Of a stretch of DNA of 64,000 nt, positions 40,217 through 54,868 are shown one piece after another. Source of the DNA: Octopus vulgaris (taxonomy: Eukaryota). Numbering within the stretch: the stretch's first letter is position 1; every line of letters starts with the position of its first letter. The position numbers were made by a program, and so were the translations under genes. The stretch covers positions 99,882,001-99,946,000 of the forward strand of contig OX597821.1 in the NCBI GenBank assembly GCA_951406725.2, in the 5' to 3' direction. The notes beneath the pieces are model-generated. The model saw nothing but the letters and a program-made list of their open reading frames with translations. It was not told the DNA's origin and ran no database searches.

Positions 40217-40815
40217 GGAGAGAGAGAAATTTCGAGAAAGAAAAGAAAGGTGAAAACGAAAAGAAAAATGGCGGGAAAAATAGAACAATGAACGCTAGTA
40301 ATGACATGTGCAATTATGCTATTACAGTATAAGTGCTTTTATTCGGCTTTCGTACATTTAATCGATACACACTAAGGATACAGATTTAGATGAAGTTGAT
40401 GGAAGCTTGTGAGCGTTGTATGGTTGTTACTGTTGTTGTTGTTGCTGCTGTTGTTGTCTTCTTCTTCCAACCAGGACTCACGCGGTTAGCCACAAAGAAT
40501 ACTCTCTAATTCGAGCCCACTCTAAGCTACTAAGAATGCCTGTGGCAACTTGAAGATCCACCCACCACACGCGATAGACTGGCGGTTGCATGGGCGCGAA
40601 AGCTACGTTGTTATCCTCATTCCGTTAACGGTGGCTTTTAACGGGTGGAGAGCTGAACCACCTTGGGGTACAGAGGATTCGTAATCTAGACTAGGGTCTG
40701 AAAGTTTACCACACCATAGTGGGCTACACCATGGTTCCTCTGCTTTGTGGAAGAAGTAGGAAGAAAGAATGAGAAAGTTGTGGTGAAAGAGTACAGCGGG
40801 GTTCACCCCCCACGT

Positions 40816-40849
<34 letters not shown>

Positions 40850-41119
40850 CGAACTTCCTCGGAGTTTCCGTCTACCAAGTTCATTCGAACCGAAGCCGAA
40901 GCAAGAAATACTACATGGTTGCGAAGCGAACTTTCTTAACCACAGAACCATGTCTGCGATTTAAGTGATGATGTATATGTATTGTGTATGTGACTAGTGG
41001 TGTATATAAGTTGGTTAAATATTTGAATGATTGTTAACAAGCTCCCTTCAGGGGCCACTTATTTCGGTTATTGACTTATTCACGAATATACCGACACTAG
41101 CGCTGCTGAGGGTAATATT

Positions 41120-41445
41120 TTCTGGGAACGCACAAAAGCCCCTTTCGGAGTTATTTGCTTTGAATTGTTATTATCCTATATCTGATTAGCCTGTTATTAC
41201 GTAACACGCATCACGATTTTAGTGTATATACCTTATTAGTATTTCCTCCTAAATTCTATATACTCTGGGAACGCACTAAAGCCCTTTTAGGGACTACTTT
41301 ATTTGAATTCTTACTATCGGGAAACTAATTTCATGTTAATACATAACCGACTTCACAATTTGGGTATTCATAACACATTGGGAATAAAGATCCTGTGTAA
41401 GACAGTTCGGTATTCTCTGTAAATGCACAAAAACCGTTTTAAGGT
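41120..41445. repeat. Degenerate ~145-150 bp tandem repeat, about 2.3 units
   Basis: tctgggaacgcac(a/t)aaagccc at 41121 and 41265; weaker copy at ~41417. Confidence 0.65.
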
Positions 41446-41538
41446 ATTGTTACTGGATTAGCGAAACAATAATGAGAACGGAACCAAGGGATAAGCCCCG
41501 CTTTCCCGGGAGTTACCGGGTATGTCAGCTAGTATATA

Positions 41539-41572
<34 letters not shown>

Positions 41573-41590
41573 CATACATACATGCATACA

Positions 41591-41667
<77 letters not shown>

Positions 41668-41819
41668 TATGTTTACGTTAGTTGATTTATGGAAAACATT
41701 ATAATGTTAAATTTTTGAAATGCTAATATGTGAAAGGAAATTAAGTTTAATTTGTAGCCGAAATAGTACTGAATCTTTAGATACTTCAAAATCTGTAACT
41801 CGGTTTTGGAATGCATAAG

Positions 41820-41876
<57 letters not shown>

Positions 41877-41895
41877 TACATATATACATACATAC

Positions 41896-41936
<41 letters not shown>

Positions 41937-41969
41937 TATACGTATATACATACATACATACATACATAC

Positions 41970-42058
<89 letters not shown>

Positions 42059-42989
42059 GGAGAGACTTCTTTCAAACTGAAAGTATTATCTTACATGCCC
42101 CGCGCCCTCATGTATCCATGTTTAAAATTTCAGCGCGATCGAATGAATAATACTCTAGTTATAAACGCACAAAATCAAATAGAATTGAATTTATATATTA
42201 GATGAGCCAATTAAGGAGACGTCTACATGGTAACCAGACCTGCTAGAAGTAACAGCCAAATCTCCCTCAAATCGCACCTTGCTGTCTTATGTATGTCTAC
42301 ACGTATGTATAAGTCAATAAGGGAGCCTCTACGTGGTAGCTAGACCTAGTAGAAATAGCAACCAAATCTCCCTCAAAACATTATACTGTCTTATATATGT
42401 ATATATACGTGTATTAACAGTTCTTTGGCTTTTTGCATTTGATAATTGTTGCTTTAAGATAATCGTATTGGGTCCTCTACGTATAGAGAGAGAGGCGCAC
42501 AGAGAGGGAGACAGAAAAAGGAAAAAAAGAGAGACAGCATAACGACAGTTTTGTCTGACTGTCATCCTATACTCCCTACTCCCCTTGTTGCCTGGGAAAT
42601 GGTATGTGCCGGCTGTCTGAGCACATCGTTACTTTTAATGGCGGAAGGAACAGGACTAGAAGATTACAAAAATAGCGATTCTCACTTTGAAACTAACAGT
42701 TTTGAAAATCTTTTGAAATTACGGAATGCTCCGCTCTCTCATGTATCCATGATTAAAATTTCAGCACGATCGGATGAACAATACTCGAGTACAAACAGAT
42801 AGACTGAACGGGATTTATATGTCTCACTATATATAAAAATTTACAAGAAGAATGTAGCAAATATACTAAAAAACAAAAAAAGGACAGTCATCTCATTTGT
42901 AAAACTACAAAAGAGGAGGCATGATACCCCAGTATCAATTGATTTCACTTTCTGTTATAATTATTTTTTAAAGATAATAACTTGAATTT

Positions 42990-43022
<33 letters not shown>

Positions 43023-43064
43023 CGGTATAAGGGTATTTTTTTCATAGCGTTTTTCAGATGGCCA

Positions 43065-43125
43065 GATAACCGAAGAGATGGTGTTGTGGATTTCCACTTC
43101 GGCATCTGAAACTCAGAGTTTTATC
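43065..43125 (+). ncRNA. Hammerhead motif, same family as 36551, in a ~210-bp element flanked by (TA)n
   Basis: gataa-CCGAAGA-gatg...catc-t-GAAAC-TCAGA-GTT-ttatc; U4 to C change in the core. Confidence 0.6.
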
Positions 43126-43741
43126 TTGACTATTGAGTAAATGTAACATATTATTTTATAGATAAATTTCCTGTATTTACATAATATTGAGGTCTCTTTC
43201 TTTCTTTTGTTATCTTACCGTTTTTACCAATATATATATATATATATATATATATCAATAATAACAAAGGGTAAAATTAATTAATTAACTGGTAATCAAT
43301 AATTTCACCAAGTAGAATGCGGCATGAAAAGGGACCATTTCTCGGTAAACGTAAGTAATATTTTATAATTAGGGTTCAGCAAAGATTTGCTTTACCACAT
43401 ACCGAAGTTTAGAAATAGCAGCCTGAGAGCCTTAGCTATTTCCTCTACTTTAAAAAGAGATTCCCGGAGAAAAACAAAGTACTCGAAAACAATCCACGCA
43501 GGCAGAGATGAAGAATAACGAATATATATACAAACAGGGTATGCAAACAGGAAAAATAGAACTCGAAACACAGCGTAAATAACGCAGTGTAAATAACGGA
43601 CAGAGTCAAGACTATTGAAAAGGTTGCAAGACGCAACGAAAGTTTTAGAAAATAAAAATAAGAAAGAAGTGGATATTTTACCGGTGAGTGTGTTAAATAA
43701 TAAGGCACTAAAAGAGAATGACTCTCCCCAGACACAACAGA

Positions 43742-43805
<64 letters not shown>

Positions 43806-44885
43806 ACACACACATACACCTATACAGAAGACACATACAAACATATACACAAGAGAGACGTAGAGGGTCAGGCGAAATACTCCTTCCCTTCTAAAACTGA
43901 ACGTAAAGTTATTATTACACTAAATCAATCAATTTGTCAATGTAACTGATCAAAATATTCATTATGGAAATGTAGTTAGTAAGTTTCGACGGCGGATGAG
44001 ATTATAGTCGCGGGAAACCGTTGATGTGTCGATGAGTGAATGACTAATAATTCAAATGTTATGACAGCACTTCACCTCAAAGTTGACAAGTATTTCTCTC
44101 CTTCCATATGTGTGTGTGTGTGTGTGTGTGTGTGTTTGTTTTCATTTCTCTTTTCCGAATTTATAGTTTCTTTCGTATCAATTGACTTGTCTATAATGAC
44201 GCACGCATGCCCACACACACAGTTAGCCCAGACCCTGGCTCATAGACAAGAGATAAGTAAGAGAACGTGTTTAGTAAAAAACGCCGCCGCCGTGGTCGTC
44301 GGAGTAGGAGGAAAATGCAAACGAGGGCGGGAGGAATCGAAGCGAACGGGTTCGTATATAATCGTATTCCGTCGTAGCTGATGGAAATATGGACGAGACA
44401 GTAGGCTATGTGGTTGGTGTCTTTTTTTAACACCAGGTCGTCGGTTGTCATGGAAATGTTTTTTTTTTCCGACCTCAAAATTTTCGCCCATTCCGGATTA
44501 AGCATGCAGTCTCACAAGATTTGATCTTACCGTTGAATTAAATTGTACCAACAATAGTACTTTTGATTCGAACGGGCTAAAGGGTGTAGCTCTAAACTTT
44601 ATATTTCGTTTCTTTCATTCCACGTTTTTCATTTACCTTCCTCTCGCCCTTTCCGTGTTTTCTCAATGACCAGTGTCTTTCTCGATGTTTTCGCTAAACA
44701 GATCGTCCTTTCACGACTTTTCGAAAAGGAGACCAGCCATGTTGTATATTTGGCTCTGCAAGATTCATTGGAAACATACGGCTAGCTATGCAAGCTTGTC
44801 CGATAATCGTGTTTTTACAGTATGAAACTAATTGTCGCTCGAATCTAAATACTGTGTATATTAAATTATATAGATATGTATATAT

Positions 44886-45055
44886 AAAGAAAAGAGAAAG
44901 TGGAGAAATATTGATGAACAACAATTGACTTACATCAATTATTTTTCAATACAAAGAAACTGTAGTCTATTTGCATTAAGTTAATAAATAATAATTGATG
45001 TAAGTCAATTGTTGTTCATCAGTATTTCTGTATTTCTCCATTTTCTGTTTTCTTT
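44886..45055. repeat. Inverted repeat (fold-back)
   Basis: Perfect 32-bp arms 44912-44943 and 44990-45021, with ~25 bp of imperfect extension. Confidence 0.85.
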
Positions 45056-45388
45056 AAATTTTGATTCTTGATAAACTCATGTATATCCTTGTCTTTATCT
45101 ATAATTTATAAGCATAATATGCTGGCATATGTATGCCCATGGTTAAACATAGGTAATATACCGGTAGCATAATGGATCCCTCTATCCTTTAGACGGTTAT
45201 TTCAACCTCTAACCCAGCTAACCTTTTATATATATATATGTATAATATATATGTATATATATTTATATATATGTGTGTGTGTGTTTATGTACATACGTAT
45301 GCATATGTATGTACATCACCATACGCTTTGCAATCTAGTTTGCAGGGCGTTTTCTGCTCTAGGTGTGGGCCCTTGCGTCCAGTATAAG

Positions 45389-46762
<1,374 letters not shown>

Positions 46763-46934
46763 AATAATAATAATAATAATAATAACAATAATAATAACAC
46801 AATTAGGTACTGCACGTATATTGCCTAGAGTAATAAAAAATACAAATGAAAAATACAAAACCAAAACAAAACGTTTATATTTATCGCAAAGTTTAAGAAG
46901 TTACTTTCTCTATTACAAAAGTAATAAGTCATGA

Positions 46935-47710
46935 ATTACTTGGAATGATCAAAAAAGGAACTGAAAATTATTTAAGAATGATCCCTGGTTTACCATCTTG
47001 TAGAAAATGCAAAAGGTTGTCTAAAACTGGTACGTCATACGTACTGAGAAGAGCATTGTTGCTGTGAATTTTCTTTCCATTTTTCCTCCTTTATTTTCTC
47101 TTTCACTCTTTTACTCTTTTAATTGTTTCAGTCATTTGACTGCGGCCATGCTGGAGCACCGCCTTTAGTCGAGCAAATCGACCCCAGGACTTAGTCTTTG
47201 TAAGCCTAGTACTTATTCCATCGGTTTCTTTTGCCGAACCTCTAAGTTACGGGGACGTAAACACACCAGCATCGGTTGTCAAGCGATGCTGTGGGGGGGG
47301 GGGGCACAAAAATAGACTCACAAACATATACACACATACAAGCATATATATGCATATATACGACATGCTTCTTTCAGTTTCCGTCTACCAAATCCACTCA
47401 CAAGGCTTTGGTCGGCCCAAGGCTATAGTAGAAGACACTTGCCCAAGGTGCCACGCAGTGGGACTGAACCCGGAACAATGTGTTTGGTAAGTAAGCTACT
47501 TGCCAAACACAGCCACTCCCACGCCTGTGTTTACTTTATTATTTTTCCTTTTTCTCTCTGTCATTTTTTCCCTTTTTCTCTAACATGACTTTGTAAATGA
47601 ACAACCTGGTGTGTTTATTTTAATGGCCTACCAGTATATACAGTGCGTTCCCCTGTCCTAGGTGTCAGGAAGACACTCAGCAAGAAATAGAAACAGAATT
47701 GGAAGATGAT
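46935..47710 (+). mobile_element. R4/Dong-like subfamily D relic interrupted by a family 2 SINE (47110-47526, minus strand)
   Basis: 46940-47067 matches 34680-34803; 47620-47705 matches the 3' UTR at 34875-34955. Confidence 0.7.
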
Positions 47711-48009
47711 AATAATGAAAGCAATAATAATAATCATAATAACTCAGTAGTTTTAATTCTTGACTTGCTCTTTTTTGCAACAGAGAAAACTACTCTGTGA
47801 GTCTTGCGAGAAATGCAAACGTTTTTTTTTTAATTGTCTTTTCTATTACTCTAGACAATATACGTGCACTGCCTAATCGTGCTATTTTCTGTATGCTGTA
47901 CATAGCTTTAAGTCTTAAAGTTTTGGTGATTTATTTGTTTGGAATATTAAAAAAAACCCCAAAAAACAAAAGAACTCTCACACAAACTGCCGGCATCAGT
48001 TGTTACTCG

Positions 48010-48220
48010 TCGGAGCACTGCATACTTCAAAACTTCCATGCTTCCTGAGATTCGCCAACACTACACCTGATTTCCTCCCCTCCATACACACGCAAGTATG
48101 TATCTGACTCATACACTGTTCACTTTCCACACATTTGTACATTACTGCATATGCTTTATACGCACTTTTGCCAAGTTGTGGTGAACCTGGGCACCGTATA
48201 CAATAATTTCATTATTATTA
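48010..48220 (+). mobile_element. Probable LINE 3' end (CR1/L2-like) with short (ATT)n tail
   Basis: Ends gcaccgtatacaataatttcattattatta; classified by resemblance only. Confidence 0.4.
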
Positions 48221-48603
48221 AAATTTCCTCTAATTTTTGCTTTGAGTGGGCAAAGAAATTTGTTAGTGCGACGTTTGTGTCGCATCCGTGCCAAGTAACA
48301 ATAATCAATTACTAAAAATTTAATTAGAGTGAATGTTCTCACGGATCTCTTCATAGGGATATTATTTTTTCATCAGAATCCCTACACCCTGTTATCTCTA
48401 TTTGCAGTTCTTCTATTTTGGTAATTCCTCCATTTCATTTAAGAGATACATTTGCCTTTTATTTGGACTTATTACGTCAAGTAGGAGGCGCTTCCTTTTC
48501 TGATGGTTACTGATAAAAATATCCGGTCAGTTAGTGTTGATCCCGTTATCTATGTGGATAATCTTCCCATGAAAGAATTATTATTATTATTATTATTATT
48601 ATT

Positions 48604-48642
<39 letters not shown>

Positions 48643-48845
48643 GCTGCTGCTGTTTTTTTTGCTGCTATTGTTGCATTTCTTGCTTCTATTGTTATGGTTA
48701 ATGATCAATATTAATATCATCATCATTATTATTTCCTCCTCCTCCTACTACCTCCTCCTTCTTTTTGCTATTATCAAATAAAGGTTTCATAATTGCGTTC
48801 TGATTCTTGAAACTTTGGTAATGGCAATGAAATTATTTTTAATAT

Positions 48846-50060
48846 TTAATGAACAAATCCATTACCATTCTGTCTAAAAGTCTCAAATTTCGTTCCGATG
48901 TAAAGTGCTACTAATGTACTTATCGAAAGTGAATAAGATAAGGTGAAGAGCCGGACTTGAAGTTTTATGAATCTATCTGGCAGAAACGGTATGGGGCAAA
49001 CCAAGGACATTGTAGAATTTAAGGTCTCTCTGTCTTCAGGGATCATATTACAGTGAATGAGTGGGATTAAGTGGTGTGGGAGCATTATTGCCTTTCATCT
49101 TCCCATTCTTCTAGTGTCTTGTAATGATGTGTTGGTACTAATGGTTGTAGATGTGTGAGACGGTCCATAACCTTTTTGTTTCTGGGATTCAGGATGAGTT
49201 GATTGTTTTCCTGCTATCCTCGTAATTCCAGCCATTGGCGCAGAAGATAAAACAGTTTCTAGGACCTGCTACTGCTGTTGTTGTTGCTCTTTTCTCTGCT
49301 TTACCTGTTCTTCCGGGAAGAAAGTTCTCTTACTATCACACATATAACATGTAGGCTTTCTGCCTTGTACCACTAGTCTCATGTCCTTCGACGGAGCACA
49401 GTTCAGGAATAAGTTTAGTTTTCGGAGGTTAATGAATACAAATTGAGATCCTATCCGGTAGTAACATGCCATTCCTGGTTATCTTGCCTCTGACCACCTG
49501 CTCATACTATAGGACAAAGATGACGACGAGCCAAAGTTCACTGCCAGCACCTTTCATACTGAGCCATGTAATGCGGCATCTGATATTATGGCGTCAGTGC
49601 GTGAGTAGGTGTATGATTGCTGTCTCATCTTGCCTCATCGCCCGTCCACTCTTGTGCCACATGTGTAGTAACCCAGCTTTCTACTTTACACTGCTTGTCC
49701 CATCACCTTTCCTTTTTCGATCACGACTGGGAACAGTTCCAGGATAGTATAGTGGCTTTCGCGAGGTTCTAAAGACGTGTATGTCCATTGAAACAGCGCC
49801 TAGATACATGTCTTTTTCGTGAACTCAGCACCAACTACTCACTCAAAATGCGACGCAAGCTGATGACGTTGCCAAGAAACAGCTGTTATCAACATCCTTT
49901 GACTCCGTCTCATTTGCTTCATCGCCCTTCGAACTCTGACCCAAGTGAATGTTCTGTTTGCTTCTTTCGTTCTCATTTCTGACAAACACACATACAGGTC
50001 CGCACGCTTTACCTCGATAAATTGAAACAACAGTTTTCCACACGTCAATCGGAACTGCTT
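48846..50060 (-). pseudogene. Old degenerate ORF1-type element related to the 25046 ORF
   Basis: RLVVQGRKPTCYMC matches SVIVEGRKPNCYLC; acgtgtggaaa motif near 50040 also occurs in the 5' UTR at ~25003; boundaries approximate. Confidence 0.55.
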
Positions 50061-50406
50061 GCGGGTGCTGTTTTAAGGATGCTGAAAAGTATGTGTGTCC
50101 CTAGTGAGTAAAATATAGATACATACTTTTCTTCTCCCCTCTTGAACAACGTTTTCAGGAAAAATAGCATGTTTCATGGTTAAACACCTTTGCCATACTG
50201 ACCTCATTTATACAACATCACCCACATCGAAGTTTTGTGTGTAACTTGAGACGCTTATACACAAAAATTAATAAAATATTTCTGATCTGACAGCACCATT
50301 ACTCGATAAAGTTTTTGTGTATATGCTGCCATTATCGTTAATAAAATCATTACTTTTTTATTTCATTATATCAATATTTTTTTACAGATATATATTGTGA
50401 CAAATT

Positions 50407-50457
<51 letters not shown>

Positions 50458-50845
50458 GTATATATTTATATATATGTTATAAAAAAACTTTTTCATTTAT
50501 TTCTTTTCCTTTCCATTTATTTCATTTATTTTCTGTAAATGTTGAGTGTTATTCGCTTTCGCTTTTTGTGTTTCGGGGGCGTATCATCTTTTATTTATGT
50601 GGAAGCCATTGTTTACAAAATTTCCGAAGCAACAACAAAAAAAAAATAAGAAAAGAAAAGAAAAAGAAAACATTTAGGAACATTTACTTTCTTCTAAGAA
50701 TAAACTCTATTTTTTGAGGATATCTTTTTTTGTGATAATCTTACCGAAGAAAACAATTTTATTCACAGTGAAACTGTGAAAATTATCCACAATTTTCAGA
50801 GCTGTCAGAAACAACCAAAAATTAGTTCCTTATCAGTTTGCACTA

Positions 50846-50931
<86 letters not shown>

Positions 50932-50940
50932 TGATAATAA

Positions 50941-51293
50941 TGAGTATTCCTTGCGATCACAATATATCGGCGAAAGAATTTGACAAGATCAGCAAATATA
51001 AAGACTTGCTAATAGAAATCGAAAAAATGTGGCATCTCAAGGCGACTACAGTACCAGTGATTGTAGGATCTCTAGGAATGATAAAAAAAGGTACTGAAAC
51101 CTATTTGAAAATGATACCAGGCTTACCATCCCTAGAGGAAGTGCAAAAAATCGTGTTAACTGGAACGACTCATGTACTGAGAAGAGCATTATCGCTGTGA
51201 AGACAACATCCATTCATGAATTTATTTATTTATTTATTTATTTTTTTAAATATATATTTTACCTGTGAATTTGCGTGTGTAATCTGGGAATGC

Positions 51294-51295
<2 letters not shown>
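50941..51295 (+). mobile_element. R4/Dong-like 3' fragment, subfamily D
   Basis: MSIPCDHNISAKEFDKISKYKDL...VQKIVLTGTTHVLRRALSL*; (AAT)n on both sides. Confidence 0.85.
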
Positions 51296-51344
<49 letters not shown>

Positions 51345-51346
<2 letters not shown>

Positions 51347-51450
51347 GATGTGGAGCCTTGAGACAGAAATTTCCTTGTAATAATAGATGTATTAGGTATG
51401 GTTAAAGACATACAGATAAATACATAACCCAAACTCCAAGACTTATCTAT

Positions 51451-51510
<60 letters not shown>

Positions 51511-51512
51511 AT

Positions 51513-51544
<32 letters not shown>

Positions 51545-52075
51545 TTATATATATACTAGCAGTATCGCCCGGCGTTGCTCAGGTTTGTAAGGGAAATAAC
51601 TATAAAGCATTTTTAGAGAGTTATAGCCAAAAAATAGCAAAAAAATGGAAAAAAATTATGGTAAATTTTTTTTTTAGTTAAAAAAGGTGGAGTTGCGTCC
51701 CCTAGACATTTTGCGGTTTATGTTTCTGATTGTCGACCCCATGTCGAATTTATCGATTTTTTCAGAACTGGGGGAACTTTTCAAAATTTTCGCTGCGTTA
51801 TTGAATTATGACATTGGGCTATGTGTGTGTCAAGTTTCATCAGAATCGGTTGAAAGCCGTGGTCAGGGTGAGGGTACAAGCAAACAGACACACAGAAACA
51901 CGCACAGACAAACTGCCGTTTATATATAGAGAGATATATAAACACACACAACATACAGAAAATAGCACTGCTCGGTACCGTACGCATTCTACGATAGCAT
52001 TATCAATACAGGGAAAATAGCACTAAAACAAACCACAGCTCATACCTAAGACACACAGAAGGGCGCTCTGTAGTA
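51345..52075 (+). mobile_element. R4/Dong-like subfamily A relic split by a TA/TG microsatellite and a Helitron
   Basis: 51345-51445 and 51940-52075 are colinear with consecutive parts of 46480-46720. Confidence 0.7.
51556..51934 (-). mobile_element. Non-autonomous Helitron
   Basis: Minus strand A|TC start, subterminal hairpin and CTAG|T end; 3' ~110 bp nearly identical to the 20821 copy. Confidence 0.8.
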
Positions 52076-52393
52076 AAAACTCTTTTTTTATTTTGGCACA
52101 AGGACGACAAATTTACGCAAATGTAAAAATTACTGCTGCAGTAATTGGTGCATCCGGCACAACACACAAAAAGCTACCAACGAGGCTGAAGGATATTGGA
52201 GCGATCACTGTCGACCTGCAGAAAAATACCATTCTGTATTTTGCCGGAAACCCAAGCAAGATTCTCGAGATTTATTATTATCAAACTTCATCAAAATATT
52301 CCTCTTAATTAAATAGTAATAATAATCATCGACATGTTTCTGTATTAACTGTTCTTTTCTTCTTCGGTTTAATATTTCATAAGATGTACTCAC

Positions 52394-52546
52394 CCAGCGC
52401 AATGCGGTCCGACGTCGCTTCTCGGTTGATCCAGAATGATACCCAGGAAAGGACTACTAACAGAATACACGGGATATAAACCTGGATGAGGAAGAATCCC
52501 GTGTGTCTCCGTAAGAAAAACTTCACAGCCAGAATGGTGTGAGGAG
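52394..52546 (-). CDS. Internal coding exon of a Cys-loop ligand-gated ion channel, GABA-A-type subunit (GRD/CG8916-like): pre-TM1, TM1 and TM1-TM2 linker
   Basis: PHTILAVKFFLRRHTGFFLIQVYIPCILLVVLSWVSFWINREATSDRIALG; acceptor tttttgctcttattacag, donor G|gtgagt; 153 bp, phase 1/1, matching the conserved TM1 exon of GABA-A alpha/gamma-type genes. Confidence 0.93.
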
Positions 52547-52574
52547 CTGTAATAAGAGCAAAAACAACAATTTC

Positions 52575-52639
<65 letters not shown>

Positions 52640-52707
52640 TAATAGTAATAATGATGATGATAATGCTGTTGCTGCTGCTACTGATGATGATGATAATAAT
52701 AATAATG

Positions 52708-52775
<68 letters not shown>

Positions 52776-52780
<5 letters not shown>

Positions 52781-53772
52781 CAAACAAGAAATCATACCAC
52801 CTAATAAACATGAAGAAGAAGAAGATGAAGAAACAACAAAAGCTATAAAAAAAATGAAATCCAAACTAAAAATAGAACAGCAACGAACCATGATAAAACG
52901 ATGGCAAGAAAAGCCCCTTCATGGTAAATACTGGACTAAACTAAACGCAAAAGAAATAGACAAAGAAAAATCCCAGCAATGGTTGAGAAGCTCAGGACTC
53001 AAAGCAGAAACAGAGGGATTTTTAATTGCAGCACAAGACCAAAGCCTCCCCACCAGAAATTACCAAAAACATGTAATGAAAAGAAATATTACAAGTAACT
53101 GCAGAATATGTGGAGATGGACCAGAAACAATAAATCATATTATCTCTAGCTGCCCAGTCCTGGCTAAGAAGGAATATATTCACAGACATGACAGAGTTGG
53201 AACTTACATACATTGGAAGCTATGCCAACATTATGGAATAACAACAGAAAAAAGATGGTATAGGCACACACCAGAAAAGGTCACAGAAAACGAGAAAGCA
53301 ACCATACTCTGGGATATGCCGATACACACAGATAGAGAAATTAAGGCCAACAGACCAGATATAGTTGTCAGAGACCATGAAGAAAAAAAATGCTTTCTAA
53401 TTGATGTATCAGTACCGGCAGATGACAACGTGTCTCTAAAAGAAATGGAGAAACTCTCAAAATACAAAGACCTGGAAATAGAGGTAACTAGAATGTGGAA
53501 TCTGAAAACAGAAACAATTCCTATCATAGTAGGTGCATTAGGCATGATAAAAAAATATTCAGACAAATACATAACAAAAACACCAGGACTTACAAACACA
53601 TATAACATACAGAAAATTGCACTACTAGGCACTGCACACATCCTACGCAGAACACTTTCCATACAATAACCATCAGAGCATCACAACAAATCACAGCACA
53701 TACCCAAGGCACACAGAGCTGCGCTCGGTAGTGAAGTGAAAGCACGCTATAAAAATAAAAATAAAACTACTG
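52776..53772 (+). mobile_element. R4/Dong-like RLE non-LTR retrotransposon, 5'-truncated, subfamily A
   Basis: Uninterrupted zinc-finger plus RLE reading frame to 53669; nearly identical to 45763-46762; (AAT)n on both sides. Confidence 0.92.
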
Positions 53773-53792
53773 AATAATAATAATAATAATAA

Positions 53793-54313
53793 ATGCCCTG
53801 ATGCAGTACCAGGCTGTGGCTTTCATGGCTTCTCATCTTAACTGATTGGAAGTGTTATCGTGTGCATTGTTTTGTCTTTGCATAAAAGATTGGCTACAGC
53901 AAATATTCTGCTCAACACCACAGATTTGCTTGTCAGTTGTTTGATCTTACCCAGTTGACCATGTCCCTTAGTGGCTGACGATAAGTGCATCTCTGATCAC
54001 GAACAGAAGTAGTGGGGGAGCATCATAGCCGTGTGTTGAGAGGAATTCTTTGGGGTTTGAATAATTCACCTTTGGAAACATGGGTGTTTTGTTCATCATC
54101 CTTATACAACCCTTATTCAGGGACCTTTTGAGAGGGATGGGCTACTCAACCTGGAGAAAATTCTAAGATAGCCCCACCTGCAAGGTCATGCGCTGTTTAT
54201 TTTGATATGAGATCATGTTGCGCACATATGGTTGTGATGCATGTGCTTGGTGTACCCTTATCAGACGGGTAGTCATGATGGGTATACTGGGTTTCCTATA
54301 TTTTACCCCAGTG
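53793..54313 (+). mobile_element. Second copy of the unclassified ~550-bp AAT-associated element
   Basis: Colinear with the reverse complement of 4515-5040; lies between (AAT)n tracts. Confidence 0.8.
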
Positions 54314-54340
54314 TAAAAAAAAGGCAAAACAAAAGAGAGA

Positions 54341-54410
<70 letters not shown>

Positions 54411-54411
<1 letters not shown>

Positions 54412-54559
54412 GCACTACTAGGCACCGTACACACCCTACGTAAAACATTCTCAATACAGTGAAAATAAGAGCACCACAACAAACCACAGCGCACACCCAA
54501 GACACATAGAGCTGCGCTAGGTAGTGCAGTGAAAGCACGAGATAAAGATAAGACCACTG
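54411..54559 (+). mobile_element. R4/Dong-like subfamily A extreme 3' fragment
   Basis: ALLGTVHTLRKTFSIQ* plus homologous 3' UTR ending ccactg; (AAT)n on both sides. Confidence 0.8.
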
Positions 54560-54611
54560 AATAATAATAATAATAATGATAATAATAATAATAATAATGA
54601 TGATGATGATA

Positions 54612-54643
<32 letters not shown>

Positions 54644-54651
54644 AATAATAA

Positions 54652-54868
54652 TGGTTTCAAATTTTGCCACAAGGGCAGCTATTTTGGGGTAGGGGGCTAG
54701 TCGATTGCATTGACCCCAGTGTTTCACTGGTACTTAATTTATCAACCACGAATGGACGAAAGACAAAGTCGACCTCGGCGGAATTTAAATTCAGAACGTA
54801 AAGAAGGTCGAAATGCCACTAAGCAATATTCCCGATATGTTAACGATTCTGCCAGCCCGCAGCCTTAA
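54652..54868 (-). mobile_element. SINE family 1 whose (ATT)n tail runs into the AAT array
   Basis: Minus-strand head aaggctgcgggctggcaga; end ttgtggcaaaatttgaaaccattattatt. Confidence 0.8.

Noticed and set aside
52539-53669. 376-aa ORF with poly-Asn N-terminus as a novel fusion gene antisense to the exon
   Set aside because: Chance in-frame read-through from (AAT)n into a 5'-truncated retrotransposon, with a non-ATG start
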